A DNA stretch of 19,080 nucleotides. Source: Octopus sinensis. Its lineage: Eukaryota. Below are positions 9,105 to 18,234 of this stretch, piece by piece. The position numbers were made by a program, and so were the translations under genes. Each line of letters opens with the position of its first letter. Within the stretch, counting starts at the first letter, position 1. The DNA is taken from contig NW_021824379.1 of the NCBI RefSeq assembly GCF_006345805.1, positions 1-19,080 on the forward strand, written 5' to 3'. The notes beneath the pieces were generated by a model. That model saw only the letters and a list, made by a program, of their open reading frames with translations. It searched no databases and was not told the origin of the DNA.

Positions 9105-9768
9105 CTTTTCTACTCTAGACACAAGGCCCGAAATTTTGGGGGAGGGGATCTGTCGATTAGATCAACCCCAGCACACAACTTATACTTAATTTATTGATCC
9201 CGAAAGGATGAAAGGCAAAGTCGACCTCGGTCTAATTTGAACTCGGAACGTAAAGACAGACGAAATACTACTAAGCATTTTGCCTGGCGTACTAATGTTA
9301 CTGCCAGCATGCCGCCTTGACAGCAATAATCAATAATCTTTTCTACTCTAGGCACAAGGCCCGAAATTTTGGAGGAGGTGGCCAGTCAATTAAATTGGTA
9401 CTTAATTAATCGACCCCGAAAGGATGAAAGGCAAAGTCGACCTCGGCGGAATTTGAACTCAGAACGTAAAGACAAATGAAATACTGCTAAGCATTTTGCC
9501 CGGCGTACTAATGTTTCTGCCAGCTTGCCGCCTTGACAGCAATTATCAATAATCTTTTCTACTCTAGACACAAGGCCTGAAATTTTGAGGGAGGTGGCCA
9601 GTCAACTAAATTGACCCCAGTACACAACTGTTACTTAATTAATCGACCCCAAAAGGATGAAAGGAAAAGTTGATATCAGCAGAATTTGAACTCAGAACGT
9701 AAAGACAGATGAAATACTGCTAAGCATTTCGCCCAGCGCGCTAACATTTCTGCCAGCTCGTCTCCCTT
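9105..9768 (-). mobile_element. Tandem trimer of SINE family B (9105-9318, 9338-9534, 9554-9768) within one 15-bp TSD
   Basis: Each copy has minus-strand GAGTTCAAATTC (B-box-like) and a GCCTTTCATCCTTTCGGGGTCGAT-type core (Deu/Nin-like, from memory). The 19-bp spacer GACAGCAAT(A/T)ATCAATAAT is at both junctions. TSD TGGATCATTGATATT at 9090-9104 and 9771-9785. Confidence 0.92.
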
Positions 9769-9785
9769 CATGGATCATTGATATT

Positions 9786-10067
9786 ACACCTGACAGGGCT
9801 ACCACTATATCATAGATCTTCTATAGGGTTATATCTATATCATAGGTACTATACCTGATCCAGGCTACCTCTATATTATATATCTTCTATAGTACACCTG
9901 ACAGAGCTATGTCTAAATTATAGGTGTGCTATAGTACACCAGTTCAGGGCTACCTTGTTATCACAGGTCTTCTGTAGCACATCTGACAGGACCAGATATG
10001 CTATAGTACTCCTGACTAGTACTACTTCTCTAGCATAGATCTTCTATAGTACACCTGACCAGGGCTA
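9786..10067. repeat. Degenerate minisatellite, about 42-bp unit, 7-8 copies
   Basis: Consensus about TACACCTGACCAGGGCTACCTCTATATCATAGATCTTCTATAG. A similar unit occurs at about 8988-9018. Confidence 0.8.
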
Positions 10068-10338
10068 GCAACCAACTGTAACATGGAATAAGAGGAATCT
10101 AATTCTGATGCTGTATTTCCTGTTTCCGCATGCTTGATGTGGGAACCATCAGTTGAATTATTTTTGACTTTCTGTAGTAGCATGACAAACATCAGGCGTA
10201 ATGTATAATGGCAGTCTGTGGCCTTAAAATTGAATCAAGTACAAAATAATCTGATTTTTACAAACATACACACACACACATACACACCGTTCTTCACTAA
10301 AATTATTTTCAATGGTTTCAAGAGTTTTGGTATGGTTC

Positions 10339-11027
10339 TTATTATTTGCTAAGCCTGGATGGAGGTGCAGCACCCATGATCTTTGCAGGTGAGATTGACA
10401 CAGTTGATGTTCTGTTTCAACTGTTGTAGGTCAACATTTGCCGTAAAAACATGAGAAGGGAAAAGATTCCAGTGGGATGAAGTTCTGGGGAGGGAGGATT
10501 GAACATGGTGCTTTCTACAGGTTAGTTTGGGCTGGTTGCAACAAGGGTGACAAAAGAAGTTCAGAGACCATAGGTGAAGTGTAGTCATCTTGAGGAACAA
10601 AGGCCATTAAAATTCTTTCTACTAAGGCACAAGGCCTGAAATTTGTGGGGAGGAGACTAGCTGATTATATCAACACCAGTATCTCACTGGTATTTAATTT
10701 ATCAATCCTGTCAAGATGAAAGGCAAAGTTGACCTCAGCGGAATTTGAACTCACAACGTAGTGGCAGACGAAATACCGCTAAGCATTTTGCCCGGCGTGC
10801 TAACGGTTCTGCCAGCTTGTTGCCTTAAAAAGCCATTATGATAGCAACAGAAAAGATAGAAGAGCCAGCACACCTGTAGGTGTGAGTCTGGAATGGTTCT
10901 GTGCTTAACTGAAAGCAAATTGGCTGAGAAACTCTTGTCTGGAAGAGGTCTAGGATGTTTGTGTGTGCAGCAGCAGCTTCTTTCAGATGTCGGAGCAGCA
11001 CTTTATTGTGGGCCTTAATTGAGCCTT
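10339..11027 (-). mobile_element. CR1-clade (Zenon-like) LINE ORF2 3' fragment, split by a SINE
   Basis: Degenerate translation KAQLRPTIKCCSDI*..AAAAHTNILD...LFYLFCCYHNG|LCSS...QSSLPRTSSHWNLFPSHVF...LQQLKQNINCVNL and an AATAATAA tail. Matches the post-RT motifs YKAQVRP.MEYCS.IW and SFFPRT..WN.LP of CR1-group LINEs. Confidence 0.8.
10610..10827 (-). mobile_element. SINE family B inserted in the LINE fragment
   Basis: Homologous to 9105-9318. About 11-bp TSD AAA(G/A)GCCATTA at 10599-10609 and 10828-10838. Removing it restores YHNGLCSS. Confidence 0.9.
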
Positions 11028-11280
11028 CATCATTATCATCATCATCATCATCATCATCATTTAGCATCTGTTTTCCCATGCTGGCATGGGTTGTGTGGTT
11101 TGACAGGAGCTGGCAAGGCCAGGAGCTGCAATAGTTTCCATAATCTGTTTTGGCTTGGTTTCTACAGAGTTTACTGGGCGCCCTTTGTGTGGCACCACCT
11201 CCAGTGCCTTTTGCATGACACCATCACAAATGGTTTTTGTGTATCACTGGTACCAGTGCATTTCACACGGCACCATCACC
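11028..11280 (-). mobile_element. (CAT)n-tailed non-LTR retroelement fragment
   Basis: (CAT)n at 11028-11060, then CCATGCTGGCATGGGTTG..GGTTTGACAGG, the reverse complement of the tail family. Confidence 0.75.
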
Positions 11281-11420
11281 GCTACTTATTAGGTGTTAGG
11301 GGATGAACTGTGGGTAGGGAAAAACGGTTGATGTGGCAGAGCCCTTCATAGACAAGCTTTACCAAGTAGAGTGTAATTATGTTTTAGGAGCAAGCCCTTT
11401 CTTTGGGATGCAGTTGTATG

Positions 11421-11850
11421 TTAACCCTTTTCATGCCAACCTACCCCAGACTGTACATACTTCTAGGATATTAATTCCTATCTAAATAAAGACTTTCTTT
11501 TGAAATTGTATTTTAATTTATGTTTTAACTTTAGTTTAATAATCTTTTCTACAATTGGCACAAGGTCTGCAATTTTGGGGTTGTGTGGTATGTTGATTAC
11601 ACCGACCCCCAGCGCTGAACTGGTAATTATTTCATCAACCCTGAAAAGATGAAAGGCAAAGTTGACCTTGGAATTTGAACTCAGATGCGTAGACAAACGA
11701 AATGCCATAGCCGTTTTGTCTGGCATGCTAACAATTCTGCTAACTCATCACCTAATGTCAGTTTAATAAACACACAGTTCTTTTGCTAAATTCTTCATTA
11801 TTTTCAAAATTCATTGAAATAAATGCAGTGTATTTCAATAGAACGGGTTA
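11421..11850. mobile_element. Degenerate TTAA-CCC MITE (piggyBac-like) interrupted by a SINE
   Basis: Begins TTAACCCTTTT and ends GGGTTA. The interior is similar to 11894-12116. Confidence 0.45.
11543..11753 (-). mobile_element. SINE family B
   Basis: GATGAAAGGCAAAGTTGACC..GGAATTTGAACTCAG core. 10-bp TSD AGTTTAATAA at 11533-11542 and 11760-11769. Confidence 0.88.
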
Positions 11851-11893
11851 CACAGACCCTCCATTCACTGATAAATGCTGTTTCAAACCTTCC

Positions 11894-12116
11894 TAAACAC
11901 TTTTGATACTAATCTGCCTGAAATTTCTCCTGATTCTATGGTGGAACCTTCTTGCTTTAAAGTAATTGAAATTAAAACCTTCCAACGAAATTCCATGTTT
12001 TTTTTATGTTCTTAAGTCCAGCTTAATAATGGGAGAATTATTTCAATAAATTCTTCAATATTTCTAAATGAACTGAAACAAAGGCAGCATATTTCAAAAG
12101 AAATACAAAAGGGTTA
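11894..12116. mobile_element. Second degenerate MITE copy
   Basis: TAAACACTTTTGATAC...AAAAGGGTTA ends. Shares AAATTCTTCA..ATT and T(G/A)TTTCAA blocks with 11770-11850. Confidence 0.4.
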
Positions 12117-12443
12117 CTGATGTGCTTTCACCAGAAGAGATCCCCAATAGTAGTAAGACCCAATATTTGGTCTGCTATTTCAGTCTAAGATTCTTGGCTG
12201 AAACAGCATACAATAGTTGATCCATTAATCCTTTGTGTAATCTGTGAAAGCTTTCCTGTTAAACCATTTAAACCTTATCGTGATGTAAATATGCCATTTG
12301 AATATGGCTAACCCCTAAGGGTGGATGCTACTGTAGTTTTTAGCCCCAGGAAGACATCTCCTCCAGCTGGCTATAGACATACTTTCTGTGCCCTATCAGT
12401 ATTTGCAAAGGGAAGCCATCTTTCCCGTCTTCAACTTATGATA

Positions 12444-12488
12444 CACACGGACCCGAGTTTCAAGGTATTGACCTATCATCAGCATGTG
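12444..12488 (-). ncRNA. Minimal type-I hammerhead ribozyme (antisense copy)
   Basis: CACAUG-CUGAUGA-UAGGUCAAUACCUU-GAAA-CUCGGGUC-CGUGUG on the minus strand. Confidence 0.82.
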
Positions 12489-12789
12489 ACAATCACAGTT
12501 GTCGATAGGAAGGAGGTTCTCTTTACAAATACGGGCACAGAAAGTATGTCTATAGCCAGCTGGAGGAGATGTCTTCCTGGGGCTAAAAACTACAGTAGCA
12601 TCCACCCTTAGGGGTTAGCCATATTCAAATGGCATATTTACATCACAATGTGTTTCTGCTACTGTTGATAACTCACTCTGATATTTATCATTGTTTGATT
12701 TCACTTTTTCAATATCAGTGTCACTGAACACTGGAAAAAGTATATGTATTTGTAAAGAGAACCTCCTTCCTATCGACAACTGTGATTGT

Positions 12790-12834
12790 CACACGCTGAT
12801 GATAGGTCAATACCTTGAAACTCGGGTCCGTGTG
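12790..12834 (+). ncRNA. Minimal type-I hammerhead ribozyme
   Basis: Stem I CACACG/CGUGUG (6 bp, extended by GUGAU/AUCAU and CAACU/AGUUG), CUGAUGA (12796-12802), stem II AGGU/ACCU with CAAU loop, GAAA (12817-12820), quasi-palindromic stem III ACUCGGGU, GUC cleavage after 12828. Confidence 0.88.
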
Positions 12835-13400
12835 TATCATAAGTTGAAGACGGGAAGGATGGCTTCCCTTTGCAAATACTAATAGGGCACAGAAAGTACG
12901 TCTATAGCCAGCTGGAGGAGATGTCTTCCTAGGGCTAAAAACTACAGTAGCATCCACCCTTAGGGGTTAGCCATATTCAAATGGCATATTTACATCATGA
13001 TGTGTTTCTGCTACTGTTGATAACTCACTCTGATATTTATCATCATTTAAACCTTACTTAACCATATTTCATGCTTGATCTGATGATATTGGTGAAATCC
13101 TCTCCTACAAAGGTGACCAAGATGATCTTCCATAGCTAACATGCTACTCTACGATGGCTGCGGAGATTAAGCGTAGATGAAAGAAATTTATATATTCTTA
13201 CAGAGAATATCTTAGCCAAAAGTTATAATTATTTGGTATTGTGGAGGTTCTGGTCACCCCTAACCCCTCTAGTTCTTATTTTCATAAGTCTGAAGATATT
13301 GGTGTGTTTTCACTACACGAAGATAGAAAGACTGACAGACAAAAAATGGTTACTTCCTAGCATAAATTATTAAAAGATCTGGCTATAATTACCATCATGT

Positions 13401-13526
13401 GGACACAGGAATGGATGTGTTGCTAAGGTGTTTGATTACCAGTCACATGGCTTCAGGGTCAGTCCCATTGTGTGGCACTTTGGACCATGCAAACATGGAG
13501 AAGTGGACATTGATGATGATGATGAT
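13401..13526 (+). mobile_element. Degenerate SINE A head fragment joined to a (TGA)n tail
   Basis: CAGGGTCAGTCCCATTGTGTGGCACTTTGG, then CCATGC.A.CATGGA...GATGATGATGAT. Confidence 0.55.
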
Positions 13527-13532
13527 ATATAA

Positions 13533-13743
13533 TGGTTACAAATTTCGGCACAAGACCAGCAATCTTGGGTCAAGGGTTAAGTTGATTAGATTGACCCCAG
13601 TGTTCAACTGGTACTTTATGGACCCTGAAAGGATGAAAGGCAAAGTTGACCTCAGTGGAGTTTGAACTCAGAACGTAAATACAGGTGAGATATTGCTAAG
13701 CATTTTGCCCAGGGTGCTAACGATTTTACCAAATCACTACCTT
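13533..13743 (-). mobile_element. SINE family B (older copy)
   Basis: GACCCTGAAAGGATGAAAGGCAAAGTTGACCTCAG..TTTGAACTCAGAACGTAAA...GCTAAGCATTTTGCCC. Confidence 0.88.
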
Positions 13744-14135
13744 AATGATGATATATGGCTCAAAACTTTGGAATCTGTCACAGATTTTTGTGTCACACTC
13801 TTAGGAAATGAATGACAGGCAAATTCACAAAATGTTCTATGTTTTTGATTGTCATTTTTTATATATAACAAATATACAGTTCTATATTTAAGAAGTGTGT
13901 TAACAACATGATGAGGACAAATATCTGTCAAATGTAAATAATGTAAATAATGTATAACAAATATGTCTGTTCCTAAGGATAGTTAACCGTGCTATAGCTT
14001 ACTTATAAGTTCTAGTATAGATTTTGATTATCCAGAACTAAGCATATCCCTATGAAATATACACATATACACACACATACACATGTATTGATGTATGTCT
14101 ATTATATTAACAAAGATGTTACCTTGTTTTGCTAT

Positions 14136-14477
14136 GGGTAAAGGGTAAAGACTCCCCTTCAGTCATGAATGACCATGGGATTGCACCTAGAAAGTTCCTC
14201 TCTGAGACACAAGTCCAGGTAAGGTTGTAAATGGAAGACCAGCAGTCGCCCATGCATATCAGCCTCCCCTCTGCATGCCACCGATGTTATCCAAGGGAAA
14301 GGCTAAGGGGCCGATACAGCTTGCCACCTGTGATGTCACAACTTATTTTTGCCAGCTGAGCAAACTGGAGCAACGTGAAATAAAGTGTCTTGCTCAAGAA
14401 CACAACACAGCCTGGGAATTGAACTCACTATCTCATGATTGTGATCCTGATACTCTAACCACTGAGCCATGCACCTT
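14136..14477 (-). mobile_element. tRNA-derived SINE family C with CORE-like block and (TTTACCC)n tail
   Basis: Minus strand: A box TGGCTCAGTGGTTAG, B box GAGTTCAATTCCC, CORE-like TGTTCTTGAGCAAGACACTT, and 3' TTTACCCTTTACCC. Confidence 0.85.
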
Positions 14478-14909
14478 TGGCATGCATATTATTATATATG
14501 CCAATGCCATTGTTCTATGTGTCAATTACTACCCTACCTCATGAGGGTATCTTTTTGTTGTAAACCTTTTCTGAATGTATCATACAACTTACACTATTTC
14601 CAACCAAAATTACTAACATATCCATTTGCTATACTTGCTAATAAAACCTCAAATTGTTGATATCTCACACATATTTAAACACAAATACTTGCTTGATATC
14701 ACAAGCTTTTATTCACAGAATTGTTATCACATCCCAACTGTTGATATCACATTCTTTACATGACAAAAAATACATTTGAGGCAAGGTACGGTTCACTACG
14801 GAGGTATCGCATCTAGTTTTGCCTCGTATCAACTTATCACAAGTATTAATAGCATTGTGACCTGCCACTGTATATCGTATGAACACGGATATCAGTATAA
14901 TCTGCTCAC

Positions 14910-14987
14910 CAGACTGATTCAAGAGTCGAACATTTCTTTTTCCTCCGGAGACTTCCTCTGAGTCTGAGGCCTGGTAATGTAGTCAGA
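14910..14987 (-). other. Candidate exon (78 nt) of an unidentified transcript
   Basis: Long poly-T tract plus CTAG acceptor, GTGAGC donor, GC-richer than its flanks. Open in phase 2 as LTTLPGLRLRGSLRRKKKCSTLESV. Confidence 0.38.
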
Positions 14988-15164
14988 CTAGAAAAAAAAA
15001 ATAAAAAAAGAAAAATGAAAACGAAACTAAAACATCAATAAAAAAACATATTAAAGCACCTCCCACTGTGACACTTAATAAGTAAAAACTTAGAAACAAA
15101 ATAAATATATATCGTATGATATATGAACAAATTTAGTATGTATATATTGACATGGTTTAAAACC

Positions 15165-15260
15165 ACTACTTGAGCTTTCATATATACATCCTTGTATATA
15201 TATATATGTATATAAATATATTGTGTGTATATATATATACTTGTATGTTATATATAATAT

Positions 15261-15295
<35 letters not shown>

Positions 15296-15545
15296 TTATG
15301 TGTGTGGGTATATATATATATATTTATGTGTGTGTATATATATATATATATGTATATATTTGTGTATATATATATATGTATATATATATGTGTGTATATT
15401 ATATGAATATATGTATATATATAATAATATTAATAATATATAAATATACATATACATAATAATATAATATATATATATGCATATATATATATGATAATAT
15501 AAATAATATATATATATATACATATATTTACATATATATGCATGT
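15165..15545. repeat. Interrupted (TA)n/(TG)n microsatellite
   Basis: Read directly. Confidence 0.93.
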
Positions 15546-15548
15546 ATG

Positions 15549-15960
15549 CAGGTATAGCTATGTAGTTAAGAAGCTGCCTTGCAACTACTTGGTTTGGGGT
15601 TCTGGTCCACTGTGTGACACCTTGGGCAAATGTCTTCTACTATGGTCCCTGGATACCTAATAATTTGAAAGTGAATTTGGTAGATGCAAACTCTGTAGAA
15701 GCCTGCTGTGTGTGTGTGTGTGTGTATGCATGTGTACATTATGTTTGTTCTCCGCACTGATTGACAGTCACTGTTGGTTTGTTTACATCACCTCCATGAA
15801 GTGCTTCAGCAAAAGAGACCGATAGAATAAGTACCAGACCTCAAAAACAAAAGAAGAACCCCCATAAATACTGAGGTCAATTCGTGTCAGTAAACCCTTC
15901 AAGGCAAGGCTCTAGGATGGCCACAGTCTAATGGTTGAAACAAGTAAAAGCTAAAAGATA
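15549..15960 (+). mobile_element. SINE family A, old diverged copy
   Basis: Head, (TG)n and body CAGCAAAAGAGACCGATAGAATAAGTACCAG...GAAACAAGTAAAAG are colinear with 7688-8100. Confidence 0.8.
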
Positions 15961-17006
15961 CATATGTGTATATGTATATTTATTTGTTTGTACTCCATCA
16001 AGCAGAGCGTCATGGAATGATCTACGCCTTATATTAATGGATCCCAAAGAGATACAGGCTCTGTTTATCAGTAACATCTCATATCCTTTTTACATCCAGG
16101 AACTCAACTAACCTACTAAATATTAGAGCTGAAATTTTTATTAAATGTAAACATAGGTACAAATTTCTTTTATTGAAATGGAAAACACCACCCTCTCTGG
16201 ATTAAGCATGCAGTCTCATAAACTTTGATGTTCTCCCCATTGAATGATCTGAATGGGCCAAAGGCACACAACTCTTTTTCCTTCTCTTTCCACTTTTTCA
16301 TTTACCTTCCTCTCATGCTTTCTTGTTTTCTCAAAGACCAGTGTTCTTTTTTATTTTCTCAAAGAAGATGAGCCATGTTGCCTATCTGAGTCTGAATGAT
16401 TGCTTGAAAGCTCATGGCACTCTATGCAAGCTTGTTTGACAATTGTGTTTTCATAGCATGGAACTAATAGTTGCTAGAATTTAAATCCTATATATATATT
16501 AAATGATACACATATATGTATGTAGATATGTATTATGTATGTGTGTAAGTAAGCATGTATGTGTACACACACACAAACACACACATATGTACATACCTAT
16601 ATATATTTGTAAATAAAGACATATATTTACACATCTATATGTATACATATTTATCTATATGTACACACATACAGACACACACACACACATATACTTTAGA
16701 CATGTGTATGTTTAGGATATACTGTCAGCTGGGTCTGCAGGTGGATCAATGCTTTGTGATTAAAATTTAAGAGTCATGGAAATTTAAGAGACTTACAGTA
16801 TGCGAGTGAGTGCATATGTATGCTTGCTATTTCTCTTACCTTGACCCTCAAACTACTCGTAAACAAAAGTCACTGTCACATAGGCAGTCTGTTGAATTCA
16901 TACTAAAATTAAATACATGTTGAACTGCTTTCTAAATCACATGTGGCTATCAGTGAATGCAAATACATTTCAGTATTCTTGAGGTTTGTCAATGACATGT
17001 ACTCAC

Positions 17007-17052
17007 AGCCAAATGCCAAGACGAAATATGTCTCCCTTTGATACAGGAAACA
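17007..17052 (-). other. Candidate exon (46 nt)
   Basis: CATTTAG acceptor and GTGAGT donor. Reads FPVSKGDIFRLGIW and joins 14910-14987 in frame. Confidence 0.3.
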
Positions 17053-17069
17053 CTAAATGATACATTAAA

Positions 17070-17600
17070 TGGATTTGGTGTTTCCCCTTTCCCTACCCTC
17101 TGTCTTCAGTGCTTGACATTCTTATAGAGAATCCATTTCTCATCACCAGTCACTATTCAGTCCAAAAATGGTTCATTCGTGAGACGTGACAGCAAAGAAG
17201 AGCACACATTCACTCACTGCATGCGATTAGACTTGGAAAGTTTGTGAGGAACCCATTGACCCAATTTGCTCACTTTTCCGATGGCATGCAGGTGTTGATG
17301 AATGGTTGAATGACCAAATCCAAGCTTCTCTGCGAGTTCTTCAACAGTTATGATGAGATTTTGTTCCACCAGGGTTTGCAGGACATTCTCATTGAGCTCC
17401 ACAGATCTTCCATGACAAGGCTTATCTTCTTGGCTGTAGTTTCCGGCTCAGAATTTCTGGAACCACCGTTAACACTGACTTACACGTATTGTTCGATCCC
17501 CATATACTGCATGAATATTCCTCACACTTTCCATTGCATTGTTGCCTTTATTGATCTCAAAAAGCAAAATTTGCCGAATATGATCCTTTGTCACCTCCAT
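17070..17600 (-). pseudogene. Mariner transposase remnant
   Basis: MEVTKDHIRQILLFE...RWFQKF*AGN...TVEELAEKLG...KLGQWVPHKL...FLD*IVTGDEKWILYKN. WVPHEL-like and TGDEKW motifs, 5 in-frame stops, truncated after the first catalytic Asp. Confidence 0.92.
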
Positions 17601-17784
17601 TATAGCTTTGGAAAAATAACTGTTAAAATCGAACTGCACTCTTCAAAACTTGCACTAAGAATAAGTAGAAGGTAAAATTACTACCTGCTTTTATAGCAAG
17701 TTGATACAGGTAGTTTTATCCTGTCCTCCCTCCGACTTTTAGTTCATGCAATTGAAAAAAAACATTATTTATGGGATGACCCAA
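17070..17784 (-). mobile_element. Truncated mariner (DD34D-type) transposon with one TIR
   Basis: TIR TA|TTGGGTCATCCCATAAATAATG at 17786-17763 (minus), transposase remnant. No second TIR is visible. Confidence 0.9.
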
Positions 17785-17790
17785 TATACA

Positions 17791-17954
17791 CGATGGGCTT
17801 CTTTCAGTTTCCGTCTGCCAAATGCACTCACAAGACTTTGGTCAGCCTGAGGCTCAAGTAGAAGACACTTGTCCAAGTTGTCACATGGTGGGGAATGAAC
17901 CCAGAACCATGTGATTGAGGAGCAAGCTTCTTACCACACAGCCACGCCTGTACC
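17791..17954 (-). mobile_element. SINE family A head
   Basis: Reverse complement of GGCGTGGCTGTGTGGTAAGAAGCTTGC...GAAACTGAAAGAAGCCCATCG, abutting the mariner TA. Confidence 0.88.
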
Positions 17955-18234
17955 ATGGCCATCATGTTGGAACATTAACTCAAGCAGCTTGACCCTCATT
18001 TTGACCTTATTTCTTTCGAAATACATTGCTCTTGTTTTGATTAATTTTTAAATATTGAAGAATATAAGGTTTGTCTCTGTGTGCGTACATAAGTACATAT
18101 GCATGTCTGTGAGTCTTGTATGTGTTTGCTCTGCTTATGTATATGTCAGATGCAAGTATGTATGCGTCCTTACTCTGTGTGCGCATATGTTTGCTGTGTG
18201 CTTCCATACATGTATTTCGTATTCATTTTTTTGT

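Larger units (their letters stand above)
12278..13043 (+). mobile_element. Retrozyme/Penelope-like non-autonomous retroelement with 352-nt monomer and 5' inversion
   Basis: 13-bp TSD CATTTAAACCTTA (12265-12277, 13044-13056). Direct repeat 12533-12691 = 12885-13043 (offset 352). 12278-12532 is the reverse complement of 12746-13000. Two hammerheads, no real ORF. Confidence 0.85.

Noticed and set aside
9105-9768. Regular repeats with spacers resembling a CRISPR array
   Set aside because: The 200-bp units are SINEs and the 19-bp spacers are near-identical. Eukaryotic context, no cas genes.
12321-12957. Four near-identical ORFs on both strands (MDATVVFSPRKTSPPAGYR...)
   Set aside because: Produced by the inverted and direct repeat structure of the hammerhead element. 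They have no domain similarity and the 'M' is a GTG start.
13080-13105. CTGATGA-TATTGGT-GAAA
   Set aside because: No stem II pairing, no stem III palindrome and no stem I complement. Likely chance.
14136-14150. GGGTAAAGGGTAAAG as a telomeric repeat
   Set aside because: Only two units, and it is the tail of SINE family C.
14713-14922. 69-aa minus ORF (NQSGEQIILISVF...)
   Set aside because: TTG start, an upstream in-frame stop just after the acceptor, and no recognisable motif. A 78-nt exon in another frame fits better.
17310-17675. 121-aa plus ORF
   Set aside because: Antisense shadow of the mariner transposase remnant.
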